DNA from: an uncultured Lysobacteraceae bacterium
Lineage (GTDB): Bacteria > Pseudomonadota > Gammaproteobacteria > Xanthomonadales > Xanthomonadaceae
DNA length: 64,000 nucleotides
Direction of reading: 5' to 3'
Assembly: GCA_936911875.1 (NCBI GenBank)
Contig: CAKZGB010000008.1
Coordinates: 117,359-181,358 of the forward strand
Shown piece by piece: positions 60,075-64,000 of the stretch; within the stretch, counting starts at the first letter, position 1; each line of letters opens with the position of its first letter. A program made the position numbers and the translations under genes. Below the pieces are notes generated by a model. That model was not told the DNA's origin and searched no databases. It saw only the letters and a list, made by a program, of their open reading frames with translations.

Positions 60075-60997
60075 AAATCCCCCGTACGTAACTGATATTG
60101 CTTCCCGTCGATATCGACTCGTACGTGCCGAACCCAACGCGGATTGGTCGCATCCCAAAATCTCAGAAATTTCAGGTCGGTAATACCATCAACAATCTCA
60201 ACGGGACTATTTGATGAAATGAAACTCGAACCCATACCACTGCGAAACAATGCGGGACGCCACTGGTGGTTATATCCGATATACCAGCGAAAGCCTTTCA
60301 TCGAATACATCTGACCGCGAAGAGAAGTTCCGGCCGCACAGCTCCCGCCGGAACCGGCCGGAGCCGGTGCAATGCAAAAAGTGCCACCAACACAGTACGG
60401 AAGCAGGTAGAACGAATCATGGCAGTTAATTCCGGCGTCCATAATGTAGAAACCACGATGGCCAATCTGATTGCTGAAGACACTCGTAACCAGCCATGTC
60501 GTCAGATCCGACGGAATGCAGTGCACCGCCACCGAACCTTCCTCTATGCCCGCCGGCCCATCCAGCACCACATCGGAATGCGAATGCAGCTGTGACTGCA
60601 CCTGCCCTTGCGTCGGGGCAACAAAGGCGATATCAAGAAGCTCCCCCATCCCCGTATACATTCCCGGAAGCCCTACGGTCTCGACCCTCGGAAAGTCATT
60701 GACCGCCCACTGACCGGTGCCGCTTTCGAAGAACCGGAGTGGTGTGCCCGATCCGTGTATTCGCTGCTCGTGCCAAACCGTCGAATCGCCACACAACCCG
60801 GCCACCGCGCGCGACAGGTCCCGACTCATGCGTTCAATTGCCGCGTGCTGATCGAGCATCGTGATGGTGGTATTGCGCACTTGTCCGTTCGCCACTTCGA
60901 TGTCGCGCACCAGAGCGAGTGCGATAAGCAAGGTCAATGAACTCAGTGCCAGACCGATGAAAAGCTCCAACATCGCAAAGCCAGACTCCCGACTCAT
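60071..60997 (-). CDS. PilW-like minor pilin
   Basis: SGFAMLELFIGLAL N-terminus; about 300 aa. Confidence 0.6.
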   Translation of the reverse strand: MSRESGFAMLELFIGLALSSLTLLIALALVRDIEVANGQVRNTTITMLDQHAAIERMSRDLSRAVAGLCGDSTVWHEQRIHGSGTPLRFFESGTGQWAVNDFPRVETVGLPGMYTGMGELLDIAFVAPTQGQVQSQLHSHSDVVLDGPAGIEEGSVAVHCIPSDLTTWLVTSVFSNQIGHRGFYIMDAGINCHDSFYLLPYCVGGTFCIAPAPAGSGGSCAAGTSLRGQMYSMKGFRWYIGYNHQWRPALFRSGMGSSFISSNSPVEIVDGITDLKFLRFWDATNPRWVRHVRVDIDGKQYQLRTGDL

Positions 60998-61359
60998 TAC
61001 TCTGCCTTAATTAGCTGATCAGGCTCTGTGCCCCAACGAGCACTGCCGGTGCAGATGCGCCGCTCGCAATGGACGGTTACGCAGACTTGCGTATCGACAG
61101 ATTCCGTCAGGTTGAGCGCAGTTTGGAGTGCCGAGCCGCACGTCATGCCGGCAATATCATCGCCAATGGCCAGGCCCGATCGCAGATGACGAATCGCCGT
61201 GCCCGCGCGCTGCGTCTCCTGTATCGAAGCGTTGGCCTGCAGCTGAGAGCCAATCAGCGCAACCGCACCCAGCGACAGCAGGACCATCGCGACCAGTGTC
61301 TCGATTAGCGTAAAGCCCGATTCGATGGCGGACTCGGCAGGCAACGTTACGTGTTTCAT
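60997..61359 (-). CDS. PilV-like minor pilin
   Basis: SGFTLIETLVAMVLL N-terminus. Confidence 0.6.
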   Translation of the reverse strand: MKHVTLPAESAIESGFTLIETLVAMVLLSLGAVALIGSQLQANASIQETQRAGTAIRHLRSGLAIGDDIAGMTCGSALQTALNLTESVDTQVCVTVHCERRICTGSARWGTEPDQLIKAE

Positions 61360-61462
61360 GCCGCCAGTCTGCCCGCGAAACCGACTCCACCACGGCCAAA
61401 ACAAAAGAGCGCACCGACCGGCGCGCTCTCTTGGCTGACCAAAGGTACAGCGGGCTAATGCA

Positions 61463-62905
61463 TTAACGCACGACCTCGTAGCAGGGCGTGTACTCGCCCG
61501 AGATCTTCATGCGGCGCTGGTCCACAAAGCTGCGCAGCAACGCATCGAGCGCGGCCATCATCTGCGGATCGCCGTGGATCTTAAACGGACCGTGCTTCTC
61601 AACCTCACGCAAGCCCTCTTCCTTGACGTTACCGGCCACGATGCCCGAGAACGCACGACGCAGATCGGCAGCCAGATCGGACGGCTTGCGACCATAGTGC
61701 AGATCGAGCGAGGCCATGTTGGCATGCGTCGGCGCAAACGGCTTTTGCAGATCCAACGGAATATCCAGCGACCAGTTAAAGAAGAAGCTGTCCTTGCTCT
61801 GGATGCGCGATTCACGAACTTTACGCACGCCGGTCTTCATGTACTTGGCCACAGCGGCCGGATCATCAACGATGATGCGATAGTGCTTGGTCGCGTCCTC
61901 GCCCAAGGTCGCACGAATGAACTGATCGATCTGCTCAAAGTACGCGGCGCTATCCTTCGGACCCGTAAAGACCAGCGGGAACGACAGATCGGCATTTTCT
62001 TCGCGCGTCAGAATGCCGAGCAGATACAGAATTTCCTCGGCCGTACCGGCACCGCCCGGGAACACGATAATGCCGTGTGCCATGCGGACGAAGGCCTCAA
62101 GACGCTTTTCGATATCCGGCAGGATGACCAGCTGGTTGACGATCGGGTTTGGCGATTCGGCGGCAATGATGCCCGGCTCTGTCAGACCGATATAACGCGG
62201 ACGCTGACGACGCTGTTTGGCGTGGGCAATGGTGGCGCCCTTCATCGGACCCTTCATTGCACCCGGACCGCAGCCGGTACAGATGTCCAGGCCACGCAGG
62301 CCCAGCTCATAACCGACTTGCTTGGTGTAGATGTATTCCTCGCGCGAGATCGAGTGACCGCCCCAGCAGACAATCAGATTCGGATCCAGCGGCACCAGCG
62401 AACGTGCATTACGCAGGATATCGAACACGCTATCGGTCAAACCGGCAGTGGTATTCAGATCGCGACGGGTGTCGGCGCCCAGCTCGGTAGCGGCATAGGC
62501 CAGATCGCGCACTACGGCATAGACCAGCTCGGCCACACCGCGAATGATCTCACCATCTACGAAGGCCTGAGCCGGCGCGTGGTGCAAATCGATGCGCAGG
62601 CCACGATCCTGTTGCGTAACCTCAATGTCGAAGCGGTTGAAGAGCTCGGCAGCGGCACGCGGGTCATCGGATGTGGAGCCGGTGGTGAGCACTGCGAGCG
62701 CGCAGCGCTTGAGCAGCTCGTGCATACCGCTGGCGGAAGCGTCACGCAGACGCGCGACTTCATCGCGCGAGAGAATGTCGAGCCCACCCTTGGGATACAG
62801 ATGGGTGGAAACCGTCTCATGCGATGTCAGAAATGGCGCTTTTTCATCATGCGCGTCTTCATCGGCAGCGGCGGCGGGATCGGGTGTTGCATTTTGATTG
62901 GTCAT
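61463..62905 (-). CDS. LOG-family nucleotide 5'-monophosphate nucleosidase (PpnN-like)
   Basis: LOG motif PGGAGTAEEI/GGxGT. About 480 aa with extra N- and C-terminal domains. Start at MTNQNAT. Confidence 0.65.
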   Translation of the reverse strand: MTNQNATPDPAAAADEDAHDEKAPFLTSHETVSTHLYPKGGLDILSRDEVARLRDASASGMHELLKRCALAVLTTGSTSDDPRAAAELFNRFDIEVTQQDRGLRIDLHHAPAQAFVDGEIIRGVAELVYAVVRDLAYAATELGADTRRDLNTTAGLTDSVFDILRNARSLVPLDPNLIVCWGGHSISREEYIYTKQVGYELGLRGLDICTGCGPGAMKGPMKGATIAHAKQRRQRPRYIGLTEPGIIAAESPNPIVNQLVILPDIEKRLEAFVRMAHGIIVFPGGAGTAEEILYLLGILTREENADLSFPLVFTGPKDSAAYFEQIDQFIRATLGEDATKHYRIIVDDPAAVAKYMKTGVRKVRESRIQSKDSFFFNWSLDIPLDLQKPFAPTHANMASLDLHYGRKPSDLAADLRRAFSGIVAGNVKEEGLREVEKHGPFKIHGDPQMMAALDALLRSFVDQRRMKISGEYTPCYEVVR

Positions 62906-63032
62906 GAAAGCCCTCTTTCGTGTTTTTCGTCTTCTATTCAGGTCATCTACCTTAGCAAACCGGACGCCAAAACAGAAACGGCCGGGTTGCCCCGGCCGTT
63001 CTGTGCATTGCTGCGGATCCTTACAGGTTCGA

Positions 63033-64000
63033 TTAGAACTTGTAGCGGAAACCGGCTTGTGCGCTCCACTGCGACACACCGACGTTGAAGCCGTCGGCGT
63101 CGGCGTTAGCCGGCGAAGGAGCTTGCGGCGACGTGAAGTTGTACACGTACTTGCCGCCATCGATACCGACGATGGACGCAACGCCCGTGTCAGCAAAGAA
63201 GCCGTAGTCCATGATGTGACCCCAGTCCTTGTTCAGCAGGTTGCCGATGTTCTGGATGTCCAGCCAGATCTCAGACTTGTGACCCTTGAACAGACCCGGC
63301 AGCTCTTGCGAGAAGCGGACGTCGAAGGTGTGAACGAAGCCGGCACGGCCCGAATTTTGCGGAGCGTAGCGACCCTTCCACTTGGCCAGATCCTTTTCGC
63401 CGTCCAGCCACTGGAAGAACGCGGTTTCCATTGCGGCATTGGCAACGAACTTGCCACCGGTGATGGTGCCGAACTTGACGTCGCCAGGTGCGGCCGGAAC
63501 GTAGAACAGGTCGTTGAAGGAACGGGTGTCGCCGTTCACGTCATTGAAGTAGACATAGCTGAACGGACGGCCGGTACGGCCTTCGTAAACCAGGCCAACG
63601 CTGGTGTTGTAGTCACCGAAGAACTTATGACGCCAGTTCAGCTGACCCGAGAAGCGGTGCTTGATTTCGTAACGGGCAGTCGACAGGACTTCTTCGTTGG
63701 CATCGAACAGGTAGTTGTAGTTCCAACCCGAGCTCGCGGTGGAGCTGGTCAGACCCGAAACTTCCTTAGCGTCGGTGTAGGTATAGCCTGCGTACCACGA
63801 CCAGTCGCTCTTGCTCGAGAACGGCTTGTTCAGGCTGAAGGTCATTTGGTTCGAGTAACCCTTGTCCGTGCTGTCCAGCAGGTACACGGTGTCGAACGAA
63901 CGGTTACGCAAGCAACGGTTGCTGCTCGAGCCCCAGCCCGACAGCTGAGCGGTACAGTTCGCACCGGTACCCCAGAACATGTCGCGGCCGTCCGGACCTT
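63033..64000 (-). CDS. TonB-dependent outer-membrane receptor, C-terminal part (N-terminus beyond window)
   Basis: Beta-barrel-like alternating pattern ending in the C-terminal ...FRYKF. ORF is open to the window edge. Confidence 0.6.
   Translation of the reverse strand, partial: GPDGRDMFWGTGANCTAQLSGWGSSSNRCLRNRSFDTVYLLDSTDKGYSNQMTFSLNKPFSSKSDWSWYAGYTYTDAKEVSGLTSSTASSGWNYNYLFDANEEVLSTARYEIKHRFSGQLNWRHKFFGDYNTSVGLVYEGRTGRPFSYVYFNDVNGDTRSFNDLFYVPAAPGDVKFGTITGGKFVANAAMETAFFQWLDGEKDLAKWKGRYAPQNSGRAGFVHTFDVRFSQELPGLFKGHKSEIWLDIQNIGNLLNKDWGHIMDYGFFADTGVASIVGIDGGKYVYNFTSPQAPSPANADADGFNVGVSQWSAQAGFRYKF

Noticed and set aside
61574-63088. 504-aa ORF antisense to the LOG/PpnN-like gene
   Set aside because: Antisense artefact. 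The sense strand carries the LOG motif.

Overview
High-GC proteobacterial chromosome segment. Left flank: the 3' part of an acyl-CoA dehydrogenase gene (truncated by the window edge), a stand-alone HNH endonuclease, dxs and a HAD-like lipoprotein. Positions 5658-42926 hold a complete ~37.3 kb lambda-like siphovirus prophage. It is inserted at the 3' end of tRNA-Pro(GGG) and bounded by 47-bp direct repeats. The prophage carries integrase, excisionase, a CI/Cro-type switch with shared operator palindromes at PL and PR, a P4-alpha-type primase-helicase followed by an iteron array, and terS/terL. It also has a W protein, a lambda-type portal, a protease-capsid fusion, a lysis cassette (endolysin, holin, Rz/Rz1), a major tail protein, a G/GT frameshift chaperone, a tape measure, M-L-K-I and a 1826-aa J fibre. 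Three compositionally distinct low-GC cargo islands sit in classic phage moron/defence positions. The first is an unknown 244-aa gene co-transcribed downstream of cI, a rexAB-like position. The second is a lone antisense DUF3800 gene between the terminase/Mor block and the head genes. The third is a right-end island between J and attR. It holds a ClpP/SppA-fold serine protease with a 65-aa partner, convergent with an XRE-HTH + ImmA/IrrE metalloprotease pair. These are the best candidates for an undescribed system. Right flank: merR-ihfA-(membrane protein)-pheT-pheS-rplT-rpmI, then ada and a partial conjugative T4SS cluster (virB2-B6-like genes, a GH19/PG-binding hydrolase, a VirD4-like coupling protein; no virB7-11). 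Beyond that lie minor type IV pilin genes split by tRNA-Asn and czcD, a PpnN/LOG-family gene, and the C-terminal part of a TonB-dependent receptor running off the window. All protein calls rest on motif and architecture recognition by eye; no database search was possible.
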